From Myxococcota bacterium (GTDB lineage: Bacteria > Myxococcota_A > Polyangia > Nannocystales > Nannocystaceae), in assembly GCA_039028615.1 (NCBI GenBank), contig JBCCHT010000011.1, forward strand, positions 32,001 through 96,000: 64,000 bases of DNA, given 5' to 3'. This document shows positions 45,812 through 55,811 of this stretch, one piece after another. Position 1 is the first letter of the stretch. Each line of letters begins with the position of its first letter. Both the position numbers and the translations under genes were made by a program. A model generated the notes under the pieces. It saw only the letters and a program-made list of their open reading frames with translations. It was not told the origin of the DNA and ran no database searches.

Positions 45812-47124
45812 AGGCGCGCGCCAAGTTGGGCGGGCTGCGATGGCGCCTCACCGCGCTGGTCTACCGTGACGCCGCCAAGGCCTACGGCATGGGTATGGCG
45901 CTGGTGTTGCTGCCGCTGGTGTACCTGTATCGAGAGTGGCCGCCGTGGGAGATCCGCGATGCGCTATATGCCGCCTCGCCTTCGGTTCGTGCGTGGCTGA
46001 TCGCGGCCGCCCATGCGCTCTACGGCCTGGCCTCCGCGCCCGTGGTGCGGCAGCTGCTGGCCTCGGAGCGACTGCGATGGTGGTGGGCACTGCCCTTGTC
46101 GGGGCGCTGGTGGCAAGCGGTGCACGTGCGGCACCTGGTGCTGCTCGACGCGCCATGGCTGGTGGCCATCGCCTACGGAGCGACACCGTGGGCGGCGCGT
46201 GAAGACCCGCTCACCGCCATCGCCGTCGCGTCGACCTTCGCCACGATGACGGTGGCCGGGCAGATCGCGCTGGCCAGCGCCACCGATCGACCCTGGGCGT
46301 GGCGGGGGCTCGCTCTGCTCGCGTGGGCCTCGGGGGCATGGATCGCCGTGTTGCTCCCGACGTGGCTCGGAGCCCCGCTGGCCGCCGCCGCCCTGGTGCC
46401 CGCAATCGTCCGCCTCCGCCGACCCCTGCCCGAAGCTCGCGCTCGCATGCGAGGCTCCGCGGGCGGTCACCCCGTGCTCGCGCTGGCTCGCCTCGGCTGG
46501 CTCGCCGTTCGCCGCCGAGAACCCATCGCGATGACCTGGGGGATCGTGATGCAGCTGTCCGCGGTGGCATTGGTCGGCCTGGCGCTGGTGCACGTCGGCT
46601 CGACGCAGTTCGACGCGGTGCGATCGCTTCAGCGAGGCATGGCCGTCGTCTCGGCCATGGCGGGGACGGCCCTGGTCCTGCGAGCAGTGCGGATCATCGA
46701 CGGCGATCGACCCCTGCTCGACAGCTGGGGCATCGAGACTCGACACGAACGATGGGCGCGCTTGTTGTTGGCGGCCACTGGAGTCCTGCCCGCGCTGGTG
46801 ATCGGCTCGGTGGTGTTGCCCGTCCTCCATCCAGTGGGGCAGTGGTGGCCGATGGATCAGGCCATCGCGCTCTCGTGGGCCACCGTCACCCTGGTTGCCA
46901 CCGACTACGTCGCCGAGGCCAGGCGCCAGCTGCATGAGCCTCGCTTCAATCGCCTGATGCTGCGCACGGCGGTGGCGGCCGTGCTGGTGGTAGGTGCAGG
47001 TACGACCCTGGTGTTGGTGCCCTGGGCAGCGCTCGCGGCCTGGCGATTGCCCTCCGTCCAAAGGCGCGCCCAAACGGCCAGAATGCGGTTCGAGACCACC
47101 CGCAGCGACGATCATCGCAACTGA
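45808..47124 (+). CDS. Polytopic membrane protein (possible ABC exporter permease)
   Basis: GTGA overlap with the upstream gene; many TM segments in two halves. Confidence 0.65.
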   Translation: MKARAKLGGLRWRLTALVYRDAAKAYGMGMALVLLPLVYLYREWPPWEIRDALYAASPSVRAWLIAAAHALYGLASAPVVRQLLASERLRWWWALPLSGRWWQAVHVRHLVLLDAPWLVAIAYGATPWAAREDPLTAIAVASTFATMTVAGQIALASATDRPWAWRGLALLAWASGAWIAVLLPTWLGAPLAAAALVPAIVRLRRPLPEARARMRGSAGGHPVLALARLGWLAVRRREPIAMTWGIVMQLSAVALVGLALVHVGSTQFDAVRSLQRGMAVVSAMAGTALVLRAVRIIDGDRPLLDSWGIETRHERWARLLLAATGVLPALVIGSVVLPVLHPVGQWWPMDQAIALSWATVTLVATDYVAEARRQLHEPRFNRLMLRTAVAAVLVVGAGTTLVLVPWAALAAWRLPSVQRRAQTARMRFETTRSDDHRN

Positions 47125-47230
47125 GCCGATCGCCGCGTCGATCCCGCGGGCCCTCGATCCGGGGCCACGAAAAAACGCGAGATCGAGCTGTAATGATCCG
47201 TACCCGGGAGCAACGTAGGGCCAGGAGCCA

Positions 47231-47890
47231 ATGCCCCGCGCACCTTCGCAACCAGCGCTGTCGCGCCCCATCGACCTCGCCGAGCGGCGAGTCGCTCGCG
47301 ATCGCGTGCCCTCGTCGGACGCGACTTCGACCGAAGCGCTGGTGACTCGAGCGCAACGCGGAGATGTGCAGGCCTGGTCGAGGCTCTACCAAGAATACTT
47401 CGACGCGGTGTTCCGCCACGTCTGCTACCTGACCGGCGACCCGCCCTTGGCCGAGGACCTGGTGCAGGAGGCCTTCGCCCGGGCGATGACCAGCGTCTCC
47501 AGCTACGACGGCCGGGCCAGCTTCGTGACCTGGCTGCGAGCCATCGCGCTCAACGTGGTACGCATGCACTGGCGCCGGGCTCGGACCACCGACCGGGTCC
47601 AAGGCGATCTCGAGCGCATGCACGAGGTCGCTCCGCCCGCGGGCACGCCCGAGAAGCAGCACGCTCAGGACCAACGCATGCAGGCCATCTACGAGATTCT
47701 GGGTACGCTCCCGGGGCATCTCCGCGAGGCCTTCGTGCTGCGCGAGCTCGAGGGGTTGTCGACCCGCGACGCCGCGCACCAGCTGGGCATCTCTCCCGGC
47801 AACCTGGCTGTACGGGCCACCCGCGCCCGTCAGCGCATCCGTACCGAGCTGTCGCGCCGCGGCTGGCTCGGCCAGGAGGGCCAGGCATGA
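47231..47890 (+). CDS. ECF RNA polymerase sigma factor
   Basis: LV.RAQ.GD..AW..LY, AEDLVQEAF, F.TWL..IA.N, REAFVLRELEGLS..AA..LG. Confidence 0.92.
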   Translation: MPRAPSQPALSRPIDLAERRVARDRVPSSDATSTEALVTRAQRGDVQAWSRLYQEYFDAVFRHVCYLTGDPPLAEDLVQEAFARAMTSVSSYDGRASFVTWLRAIALNVVRMHWRRARTTDRVQGDLERMHEVAPPAGTPEKQHAQDQRMQAIYEILGTLPGHLREAFVLRELEGLSTRDAAHQLGISPGNLAVRATRARQRIRTELSRRGWLGQEGQA

Positions 47891-48876
47891 CCGCCAGCGA
47901 GGCATGGCTCGACGACGCCCGAGAGGCGATCGAGCGGCGGATCGACGCGAGCGGGGCCACCCCCGATTTCCTCGATGTCGTGACGCGAGCCCATGCGCTC
48001 GATCCCAAGGCGGTGCCCGAGTCGATGCTCGAGCAGGCAGATGCCCTGGCTCCGGTCATCGAGCTCGACGAAGAGCGCGAGCGAGGAGCCGACCCCGACG
48101 AGCAGCGTCTCGACGAATGGCTCGGCGATGTGCGAAGCGCCATGGATCGCCGCGTGGAGGCCCGCAAGTACGGCCCCACGCCCGCGCTCATCGTGCCGCG
48201 ACGCGATCGTCGAATGGTGTGGTGGGTCGGTGGTGCGGTGGCGGCCGCCGTCGCGTTGGCCTTTGCCATCGTGCCGATGGTCAACTCCATGTCGCTGCGC
48301 ACGGCCGATCCTTCCGAGCAGGCCCTACACATCAAGGAGTCCAGCGGCACGACGGGTACGGTGCAAGAGCAGGAGCCCGCCGCCGAGCCTCTGAGACCCC
48401 GTCGCACGCGATCGCCCGTCGTCGAGCCCGAGCCCGAGCCGGAACCCGTCCCCGAGGTCGTCGAGGCGGAGCCCGAGCCCGAGCCTTCGTCGTCGCGCTC
48501 CCGACCGCGACGCGATCGCTTCGCCGCCCTGGCCGACCGCGCCCAGACCTACTGGCGCGAAGGCCAACGAGACGAGGCCCAGCGCGTCTTCGTCCGCATC
48601 ACCAAGGAAGCCGGCCGTAGTCGCGCCGCCGAGATGGCCTATGCGGACCTGTTCACCCTGGCGCACCAGGCCCGCGACGAAAAGGCTCAACGCCGCTGGT
48701 GGCGGGCCTATCTGCGACGCTTCCCCCACGGGCGGTTCGCGGACGACGCCCGCGCCGGCTTGTGCCGCAGCGAGGCCTCGGGTAAGCGAACAGAGTGTTG
48801 GTCGGAGTATCTCCACGACTTCCCTCGCGGCTCGTTCCGCGCGGAAGCCAAGGCCGCGACCCACGACGGTGAGTGA
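47887..48876 (+). CDS. Putative anti-sigma factor (single TM, Pro/Glu linker, C-terminal TPR-like)
   Basis: ATGA overlap with the sigma gene; YL.RFP.G.F motif twice. Confidence 0.7.
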   Translation: MTASEAWLDDAREAIERRIDASGATPDFLDVVTRAHALDPKAVPESMLEQADALAPVIELDEERERGADPDEQRLDEWLGDVRSAMDRRVEARKYGPTPALIVPRRDRRMVWWVGGAVAAAVALAFAIVPMVNSMSLRTADPSEQALHIKESSGTTGTVQEQEPAAEPLRPRRTRSPVVEPEPEPEPVPEVVEAEPEPEPSSSRSRPRRDRFAALADRAQTYWREGQRDEAQRVFVRITKEAGRSRAAEMAYADLFTLAHQARDEKAQRRWWRAYLRRFPHGRFADDARAGLCRSEASGKRTECWSEYLHDFPRGSFRAEAKAATHDGE

Positions 48877-49181
48877 TGACGCTTCGTAGCCTTCGTCTGC
48901 TGTGCATGGTGGCGCTACCGCTGACGGTGGCGTGTGCCGTGCGGGAGCATGTCGTCGAGATCGGTGAGACCGAGCACGAAGACGAGATGCCGGACAAAGG
49001 CGAAGAGCCCGAAGAAACCGAAGAGACCGACGCGGCGGGCGAGGGCGAAGCGCCCGCCGACGCAGGCGCCGATGCGGACCTCGAAGACACGTCGACCAGT
49101 GACGCGGAAGAGTGCACCGAGGACGACTGCCACGACACCGAGGATCACGACGCGGACGAGTCCGAGTCGGATTCCGAGTAG
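48873..49181 (+). CDS. Small acidic lipoprotein
   Basis: LTVAC lipobox; D/E-rich; overlaps the anti-sigma stop. Confidence 0.65.
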   Translation: MMTLRSLRLLCMVALPLTVACAVREHVVEIGETEHEDEMPDKGEEPEETEETDAAGEGEAPADAGADADLEDTSTSDAEECTEDDCHDTEDHDADESESDSE

Positions 49182-49199
49182 AGCCCTCGGACGCGGTGC

Positions 49200-49254
49200 C
49201 CCTCCCGTCGCTTGGTGACACACGAAGATCCGTGTCACGAGCGAGGCGGGAGGG
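49200..49254 (+). terminator. Long imperfect hairpin with GTGACAC-N10-GTGTCAC core
   Basis: CCCTCCCG..TCGCT..GTGACAC pairs with GTGTCAC..AGCGA..CGGGAGGG; no U-tract. Confidence 0.45.
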
Positions 49255-49490
49255 CCCCATCGCATTGCCGCGACATCGAGAGTCATGACACTTCGAATCG
49301 TTCGAAGTTTCACACTCGACAAGACGCGATCATCACGATCGCGTTCTTCAATTCGCACACTTTCTTCATTCCCACATTTTGTTCAATCGTCGGATTTTTC
49401 TTCATCGGATGCGTAATCGATCGAGCCCGTGCGCATCTAGGGGGATGAAGACGACGACGCAGGTCGCCCCAAACCGAAACGAAGATTCAG

Positions 49491-50039
49491 ATGCTCGACA
49501 TTACTCAACTGACTCGCAAGCTCCACGTTCTCCTTACCGCCAGCGCCCTGATGACGCTCGGCATGACCGGTTGTGACATCTCGATCAGCGAAGGCAGCGA
49601 TCGCGATCGCGAAGACGAGATCGAGGGCGAGGAGACCGAGGGCGAAGAGACCGAAGAAGACGAGGGCGAAGAGGGCGAGGAGACCGAAGAGGACGACGGT
49701 GAAGACGACGGAGCCGGCGAGTGCGTCTGCGAAGACGAGGACGAGGACGAGGACGAGGACGGCGACGACGAGGACGGCGAAGACACCGACGGTGAGGACT
49801 CCGAGGACTCCGAAGATTCCGACGGCGACGACGAAGACGCCGAGGGCGACGATGAAGACTCCGAGGACTCCGAGGGCGACGACGAAGACGGAGACGACGA
49901 AGACGCCTGCAGCTGTGACGACGGCGACGACGACGACAAAGGCGAGGACGCCGACGGAGAGGGCAAGGGCGAGGATGATGAGGACGCGGACGGTGAGGAT
50001 GCCGACGGCGAGGACGCTGACGGCGACAATGCCGAGTAA
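49491..50039 (+). CDS. Extremely acidic (Asp/Glu-rich) lipoprotein with two CxC motifs
   Basis: Signal + GMTGC lipobox; mature chain is almost all D/E/G; ECVCE and ACSCD. Confidence 0.75.
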   Translation: MLDITQLTRKLHVLLTASALMTLGMTGCDISISEGSDRDREDEIEGEETEGEETEEDEGEEGEETEEDDGEDDGAGECVCEDEDEDEDEDGDDEDGEDTDGEDSEDSEDSDGDDEDAEGDDEDSEDSEGDDEDGDDEDACSCDDGDDDDKGEDADGEGKGEDDEDADGEDADGEDADGDNAE

Positions 50040-50072
50040 CGCCACCGACTGAGCGACAACGCTCCCCCTCCA

Positions 50073-50100
50073 GGGAGCTCGGGCCATGACCCGGGCTCCC
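50073..50100 (+). terminator. Hairpin downstream of the acidic lipoprotein gene
   Basis: GGGAGCTCGGG-N6-CCCGGGCTCCC. Confidence 0.45.
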
Positions 50101-50153
50101 ATCATTCGTGGGCTTCGCCGAAACCCTTCGTCGCGTTATTCTGCGCTCCAACC

Positions 50154-51296
50154 GTGCTCGCCGCATTGCTCGCAGCTCTGGTCACCGCACCAGCGCCCGC
50201 TCCGACCGAGGCCACCGCCGAAGCGGCGCCCGAGGCCGAGAGCGACACCGCGCGTACGGTCCTGAGCCGCGGCTACCTCCGCGCCACGGGCACGAGCCGC
50301 GACGAACTCGTCGAAGCCTTGGTGCTGCGAGTTCCCCACCTGAAGTTCGAACCTTTTGAAGCGGCCACCGACCCCACGTCGGACGGGCTCGCGGCGTTCG
50401 TCGAGCTTCACCTCGAGAGCGAGCCGTCCGAATCAGAGGCGGTCTTCTTTGGCCTGACCATCGTGATCTCGGACGGCCGCGCGTTCGATCGTCGCATCGA
50501 AGCGCGCCCCGACGACGAAGAGACGTCGCGCCTGCTCGCGAGCACCACCGCCAACCTGCTCATCGCGATCGAAGCGGGGACGGTCGAGCCCGATCGCGGC
50601 GACGTCCCCATTCCCGTGGCTGAGCCGGTCTGCCCCGCGTGCGAGTGCCCGGATCCCGTGCAGTGCCCGGCGCCCGCCCCCGCGTCCGAGCCGGAACCCG
50701 AACCAGAGCCCGCGCCTCCGCCTCGCATCGAGCTGGGCATCGTCGCGTATCCATCGAGTGTGCTCGGCCTCGGCCTCCCGGAACAAGCCGACCGTTTCGC
50801 CGCGGCCACGGGCACCCTCGGCCTGCACGGTCGCCTACGCAACGGCGCATTCTTTGGCGCGGAGCTGCGCACGGGAGGGCGGCGCGAGCTGGCCGGAGGC
50901 GCGCTGCTCCGCCTGCGGGCCGCCGTCGGTGGCGGCTATCACCTCCGCCGCGGCGCTTGGTCGCTCGGTGCCTCTGCGTGGGCCACCGTGGAACCCTGGT
51001 GGTTCCAAGGCGCCGATCTCGATCCCGCCCCCGTCCCCCTGTTCGGGCTCGCCGCCCGGCTCAGGCCCGCGCTGGTGGTGCCACGCGTCGCCGATCGGCC
51101 GCTCACGCTGACCATGGGGCCCGTCTTCGAGTTGGCCGGCAGCGCCATGTTCGACGGACGCCCGGAGGTCGGGCTGATCACCGTCGCGGAAGACGGCGCC
51201 GACCTCAGCAACACTCGCGTCGGCGGCTTCGAGCTCACCATGGGGTTTTCGGCCACGCTGTGGTTCGGCCTGCCCCGCGGCGACGCGCCTCGCTGA
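50154..51296 (+). CDS. Hypothetical exported protein with C-terminal beta-barrel-like region
   Basis: Signal peptide, Cys/Pro linker, amphipathic beta strands. Confidence 0.7.
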   Translation: MLAALLAALVTAPAPAPTEATAEAAPEAESDTARTVLSRGYLRATGTSRDELVEALVLRVPHLKFEPFEAATDPTSDGLAAFVELHLESEPSESEAVFFGLTIVISDGRAFDRRIEARPDDEETSRLLASTTANLLIAIEAGTVEPDRGDVPIPVAEPVCPACECPDPVQCPAPAPASEPEPEPEPAPPPRIELGIVAYPSSVLGLGLPEQADRFAAATGTLGLHGRLRNGAFFGAELRTGGRRELAGGALLRLRAAVGGGYHLRRGAWSLGASAWATVEPWWFQGADLDPAPVPLFGLAARLRPALVVPRVADRPLTLTMGPVFELAGSAMFDGRPEVGLITVAEDGADLSNTRVGGFELTMGFSATLWFGLPRGDAPR

Positions 51297-51299
51297 GCC

Positions 51300-53591
51300 T
51301 CACTGCGCGTCCAGCTCGGCCAACATTTCTCGTACGACGGCGACATCGGGATGCGCGGCTCCCAATGCGCCGACCAAGATCGTCTCCGCTCGCTCGAGCA
51401 GCTGCCTGATGCGTGCCGACTCCGCCTGAGGATCGAGCAGCATGGCCAAGTTGGAGCATGTCGACCCCACGAGGGGATGATCGGGGCCGAGCGCAGCCTC
51501 GAGCTCGTCGATGGTGCTCTCGTAGATCTTCCGGGCGCCCTCGGTGTCCCCGCGAGCGGCCATCACCGTGCCCAGGCCCATCTCCGCGACCATGACGGAA
51601 GGATGACCCGGCCCGAGCAGCTCCAACCGGATGTCGTGGGTCTGCTGCATCCAACGCTGCGCCTCGTCGAGGTCGTCGCGTGCGAAGGCATTGACGGCCA
51701 GCGACTCGGCCAGCTCCGCCCCCGCCATCCCATCCTCGTCGCCGAGTCGCTCGGTGAGCATCAGGGCATGCCGCCCCCAGTCGATCGTCTCGCCGCCTTC
51801 CCGAGACGCCGCCGCGGGCAGCCCCGCCAGCATGCGCGCCGCCTGAGCCGCGACGTCGTCGAGCTTGAGCCCTCCCGCCCGAAAGTACGCCTCGCGAAGC
51901 ATCGTCTCCGCCTCGTCCAAGCGCCCCATCGTGATGAGGTGCTCTCCCGTACGGCACTGGGCAAAGGCGATCCCCGGGCCCCAGCCCAGCGCCTTGGTGT
52001 CGGCCAGCCCCTCCAGCGCCAGCGCGATGCCGGCGTTGTTCTTTCCCGCGATCAGCAACGTATTCGCCCGGCGCAGCTTCTCGCGCGCCTGCTCGATGCC
52101 GGGCTCGATGTCCGCGTCGGGCACGGGCATGCGAGCCAGCCGCTCGTGGTCGCGGCAGTCGGTCACCGAGCCGAGCACGCCGACGTACTCCACGGCATGG
52201 CTCCATAGGGTGCGATTGCCCGCCCCGAGCTGCTCGAGCACATCCCCCATCGAGGCCCGGTTGGCTCGCAGGCACTCTTCCACCCGGTGATGCATCACCG
52301 GGTCGAGCTCCTCGTCGATCTTCGCCGCGAGACAAGCCTCGACCCAGGCTTCGGCCCACTGCGTCGACCAAGCGTCGAGCTCGGGGACGATCCGCACGTG
52401 CGAGGCCTCGGCGAAGGCCAGCCCACTGCCGTTCATCCCTGCCTCCACCGTCTCGGCGATGCCCGGCCACGGCATGCCTTCGTCGGCCTCCGCCTCGCAG
52501 GCAACCACGACGCGATGCTCGTCGATCTCCATGGCCAGGCCCACGATCGACGCGAGCACGACGGGAGAGGCCACCGCCACCGCGATCGAGCGCCGCCGTC
52601 GGCTTCGCTGCCCGTGGCGCAGCGCCTCCAGCAGGGCTCGCATGTCCGGCCAGCGTTCCTCCCGAGCCCCCTTCAGGCCCCGCTCGAGCACGCGGATGAG
52701 CCAGCGGGGCACCCGATGCTCCTTGGGCGGCGGCTCGATGTTGCCCTTCATCGCATTCGTGACGAGCACCACGCCGCGGCTCCCTGCGTAGGGCCGATGC
52801 CCGAACAGCGCTTCCCACAGCGCCACACAAAACGCGAACTGATCCACCCGCTCGTCGAGTTCCTGGGCTCGAAACTGCTCCGGGGGCATATACGCGGGCG
52901 TCCCCACCACCGCTCCCGCTCGCGTGAGGCGATCGCTCGCGGACTTCAGCGCCCCCGAGTCGGCGTGCGCTTCCCGGGCCGCGAGCTCCTCGCCGGACGT
53001 GTTGCGCGTAGCCCCATCGAGCACTGCCAACCCGAAGTCCATGACCACCACACGACCGCCCGTGCCGACCATGACGTTGTCCGGCTTGAAGTCGCGATGG
53101 ATCAGCCCGCGGGTATGGGCCGCCGCGAGCCCGTCACCCGCGGCCAGAAACAGCTCGAGGACCTCCCGCCACTTTCGCTCGGCCAAGGGGCGCCCGCTGA
53201 ACCGACGGCCCAAGGTCTCACCGTCGATGAGCTCCATCGCGATGTAGATCGCGTCGCCGTGCTCTCCCACGTCGAAGACGGTGATGACGTTGGTGTCCGC
53301 GATCTTGGCCATCGCCCGAGCCTCACGGATCATCCGCTCTCGGGCTCTTCGCGACTTGCTGCTCCGACGCGCGTGTACCAGCTTGACCGCCACCTTGCGA
53401 TCCAGCTCGGGGTCGTAGGCCGAGTACACGACCCCCATGCCGCCCTCCCCGAGCTGCGAGAGCAGGATGTAGCGGCCCACGCTCGCTCCCGGGGCGAGCA
53501 CCGACCGCTCGGCGCCCGACCGCTCGGTCACCGCGTACGCGACGGGAGCCGCTTCCGCGAGCGTGTCGCCATCGATGTCCGTGTTGCTCAT
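51300..53591 (-). CDS. Serine/threonine kinase with TM segment and TPR repeats
   Basis: LGEGGMG, VAVK, HRDFKPDN, DFG, GTPAYMPPEQ, DQFAFCVAL; LGP.HP TPRs. Confidence 0.93.
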   Translation of the reverse strand: MSNTDIDGDTLAEAAPVAYAVTERSGAERSVLAPGASVGRYILLSQLGEGGMGVVYSAYDPELDRKVAVKLVHARRSSKSRRARERMIREARAMAKIADTNVITVFDVGEHGDAIYIAMELIDGETLGRRFSGRPLAERKWREVLELFLAAGDGLAAAHTRGLIHRDFKPDNVMVGTGGRVVVMDFGLAVLDGATRNTSGEELAAREAHADSGALKSASDRLTRAGAVVGTPAYMPPEQFRAQELDERVDQFAFCVALWEALFGHRPYAGSRGVVLVTNAMKGNIEPPPKEHRVPRWLIRVLERGLKGAREERWPDMRALLEALRHGQRSRRRRSIAVAVASPVVLASIVGLAMEIDEHRVVVACEAEADEGMPWPGIAETVEAGMNGSGLAFAEASHVRIVPELDAWSTQWAEAWVEACLAAKIDEELDPVMHHRVEECLRANRASMGDVLEQLGAGNRTLWSHAVEYVGVLGSVTDCRDHERLARMPVPDADIEPGIEQAREKLRRANTLLIAGKNNAGIALALEGLADTKALGWGPGIAFAQCRTGEHLITMGRLDEAETMLREAYFRAGGLKLDDVAAQAARMLAGLPAAASREGGETIDWGRHALMLTERLGDEDGMAGAELAESLAVNAFARDDLDEAQRWMQQTHDIRLELLGPGHPSVMVAEMGLGTVMAARGDTEGARKIYESTIDELEAALGPDHPLVGSTCSNLAMLLDPQAESARIRQLLERAETILVGALGAAHPDVAVVREMLAELDAQ

Positions 53592-53704
53592 CGCGACGAG
53601 GGTTTCCAGGGTACCGCACCCGCGGCCCGAGATCGGCTCACAGAACCGTTGTGGACCCCCTTGACGACGCCGAGCGGCAATCGACGTTCTTGCCCTCGAG
53701 GCGC

Positions 53705-53736
53705 TTGACCCTCCCCTTGGGGGAGGCCTCAAAACT
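53705..53736 (+). promoter_or_regulatory. MerR-type promoter with dyad operator
   Basis: TTGACC, then CCTCCCC-ttg-GGGGAGG dyad in an elongated (19-20 bp) spacer, then AAAACT; upstream of the MerR gene. Confidence 0.75.
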
Positions 53737-53787
53737 GCATTTCACCGCGACCGAGGCCCCGTGCGACGGTTGCAGGGGAAGCCACCC

Positions 53788-54606
53788 ATGCTGAGCATCG
53801 GAGAGTTTTCGCGAGCCACTGCGCTGACGGTCAAGACCTTGCGCCACTACCACGAGCGCAAGCTGCTCGTGCCCACGGCGGTCGACCCCAGCTCCGGCTA
53901 TCGATACTACGACGAAGCCGCCATCGAACGCGCCCGCGTCATCAAGGCCTTACGCGAGCTCGAGTTCTCGCTCGACGAGATCGCCGAGATCCTGCGGGAG
54001 TGTGACGACGATGCGGACGCGCTCGAGTTCCTCGCTCGGAGGCGCAAGGCAATCGCCGAGCGCCTGGCTCACCTGCGATCGATCGCATCGGCCCTCGACA
54101 CGGTGATTCGAACCGAGACCGAGGCCAAGACCATGCACGACCAAGAGTTTGCAATCGAAGACAAGACCATCGCCCCCGCCCTCGTGGCGGGCATCCGCAC
54201 CCGCGGTCGTTTCGACCAGAGCCGAGACGCCTTCAAGCGCCTGGGTCGTGCCTTCGGCTTCGGCCTGGCCGGCCCCGCGGGCATCCTGATCTACGACGAC
54301 GAATACAAGGATCAGGACGCCGACTTCGAGCCTTACTTTCCCATCAAACGGGCCAAGAAGACCGACCCCGACATTCACGTCCGAGAGCTCTCGGGCGGCC
54401 GCGCCCTGTGCCTCGTGCACCGCGGTCCCTACGACACGATCTCCAAGACCTACGGTCGCTTGCTCTCGGAGATCCGCGCCCAGAAGCTCGCCCCCCTGCT
54501 GCCCTCGCGCGAGGTCTACATCAAGGGGCCCGGAATGCTCTTTGCCGGCAACCCGGCCAAGTACCTCACCGAGGTCCAGATCTTCGTCGGTCCGACCGAC
54601 GCCTGA
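53788..54606 (+). CDS. MerR family regulator with GyrI-like effector domain (BmrR-type)
   Basis: SIGEFS....LTVKTLRHYH...LL.P..VD..SGYRYY; H.GPY..I..TY, REVYI.GP, TEVQ. Confidence 0.92.
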   Translation: MLSIGEFSRATALTVKTLRHYHERKLLVPTAVDPSSGYRYYDEAAIERARVIKALRELEFSLDEIAEILRECDDDADALEFLARRRKAIAERLAHLRSIASALDTVIRTETEAKTMHDQEFAIEDKTIAPALVAGIRTRGRFDQSRDAFKRLGRAFGFGLAGPAGILIYDDEYKDQDADFEPYFPIKRAKKTDPDIHVRELSGGRALCLVHRGPYDTISKTYGRLLSEIRAQKLAPLLPSREVYIKGPGMLFAGNPAKYLTEVQIFVGPTDA

Positions 54607-54620
54607 CGCCCGCCCGGCTC

Positions 54621-55622
54621 TCAGGGAGCGGCATGGAAGGCGAGCTCGTCGACGCTGAAGTCGAAGGGCTCGTCCACCACCGTCTGCCAGTTGAACTCCA
54701 TGATGCGGCGGGGGTTGAACTCCGCTTCGATGCCCCACCCCAGCTGCGTCAGCTCTTCCCACGTGAACGTGTACTCGGTCCAGCTGTCGACCAGATCGAT
54801 GAACACCCCGTGGTGGTCGGCGCACTGCCCCATGCTCGGGTCACACGTGCCGCCCGCCTTCAGCTCGGTGGTGGCGCGCGTGGTGATCATGAAGCGGATC
54901 TGCCCCATGCCGCGGGCGTAGAACGTGACCCCGTCGTAGGACGACGCGTCGTAGGGGCAGTTGCCGTCGAAGTCGTTGTTGAGGACCACGGCCATCCCCG
55001 CGCCCCACGAGTCGAAGCCGTCGCCGAAGGTCCGGGCCGAGAACTCCGTGCCCGTCGCCCCCATCTCGGTCGGCTGGAAGCTGCCGGGCGCAGGCGTCTG
55101 CATGCCCATCGGCGACTCGTCGTTGTACGTGAACCAGAAGCCGACGCGACCGTCGACCTCGGGAATCGCTTCGTCGGGAAAGATCTGGCCGAGCTCGAGC
55201 TCGAGATCGTCGATGAGGGGCTCCGCGCCGGCCTCCGGGATCATCGAGTCGCAGTAGGGCGGCAGGTCGGGCCGGGGCTCGCCGGTCGTGCCCGTGTCAT
55301 CGGTGCCGTCGGTGCCGTCCGTATCTTCGGTGTTGCTCGTCGCGCCCGGATCCGTGTCCGTGTCGGTCGCGTCGGTCCGTCCCGACTCTTCGCTTCCGCC
55401 TCCGCCGCCCGAGCCGTCCGAGTCGGTGCTCGCCGCCGAGTCGATGCCCGTGACCAACGAGTCGACGGTGATGCCCGGGCCTGTGCCGCCCGTGGTGCCT
55501 TCGTCGGCCGGCGCCGACCCTCCGGTCGTGGGGAGCTCGGCGCCCTCCGACGGACACCCGCTCGCGACCAACGCGGCACATAAGCCAACCAACACCCGAA
55601 ACGTTGAAGCAGTCGATCCCAT
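54621..55622 (-). CDS. Lipoprotein with Thr/Gly linker and carbohydrate-binding (CBM11/CIA30-like) domain
   Basis: VASGC lipobox; IDDLE...G.WFTYND, YDAS.YDG.TF, W..YT..W.EL.Q.GWG, VDEL.F. Confidence 0.75.
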   Translation of the reverse strand: MGSTASTFRVLVGLCAALVASGCPSEGAELPTTGGSAPADEGTTGGTGPGITVDSLVTGIDSAASTDSDGSGGGGGSEESGRTDATDTDTDPGATSNTEDTDGTDGTDDTGTTGEPRPDLPPYCDSMIPEAGAEPLIDDLELELGQIFPDEAIPEVDGRVGFWFTYNDESPMGMQTPAPGSFQPTEMGATGTEFSARTFGDGFDSWGAGMAVVLNNDFDGNCPYDASSYDGVTFYARGMGQIRFMITTRATTELKAGGTCDPSMGQCADHHGVFIDLVDSWTEYTFTWEELTQLGWGIEAEFNPRRIMEFNWQTVVDEPFDFSVDELAFHAAP

Positions 55623-55811
55623 TGCGCCCCCCGATAAATGCTGGCACGAATCCCATCGGATCGGCCCCGCTCCATACTGGGAGGTCACAACGAAGTAATA
55701 CGGATGAAAATTATCAATTGGGGGGCCTGGACCGTTCATGCGCAAGGCGCGGGTACTCTGTTTCAATGCCGACGCGGCGACTCGGCGGCCCCGAGGTAGC
55801 ATTGCCACCGC

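Noticed and set aside
49437..50166. Minus-strand poly-Ser and poly-Val ORFs
   Set aside because: Shadows of the Asp/Glu-rich lipoprotein gene.
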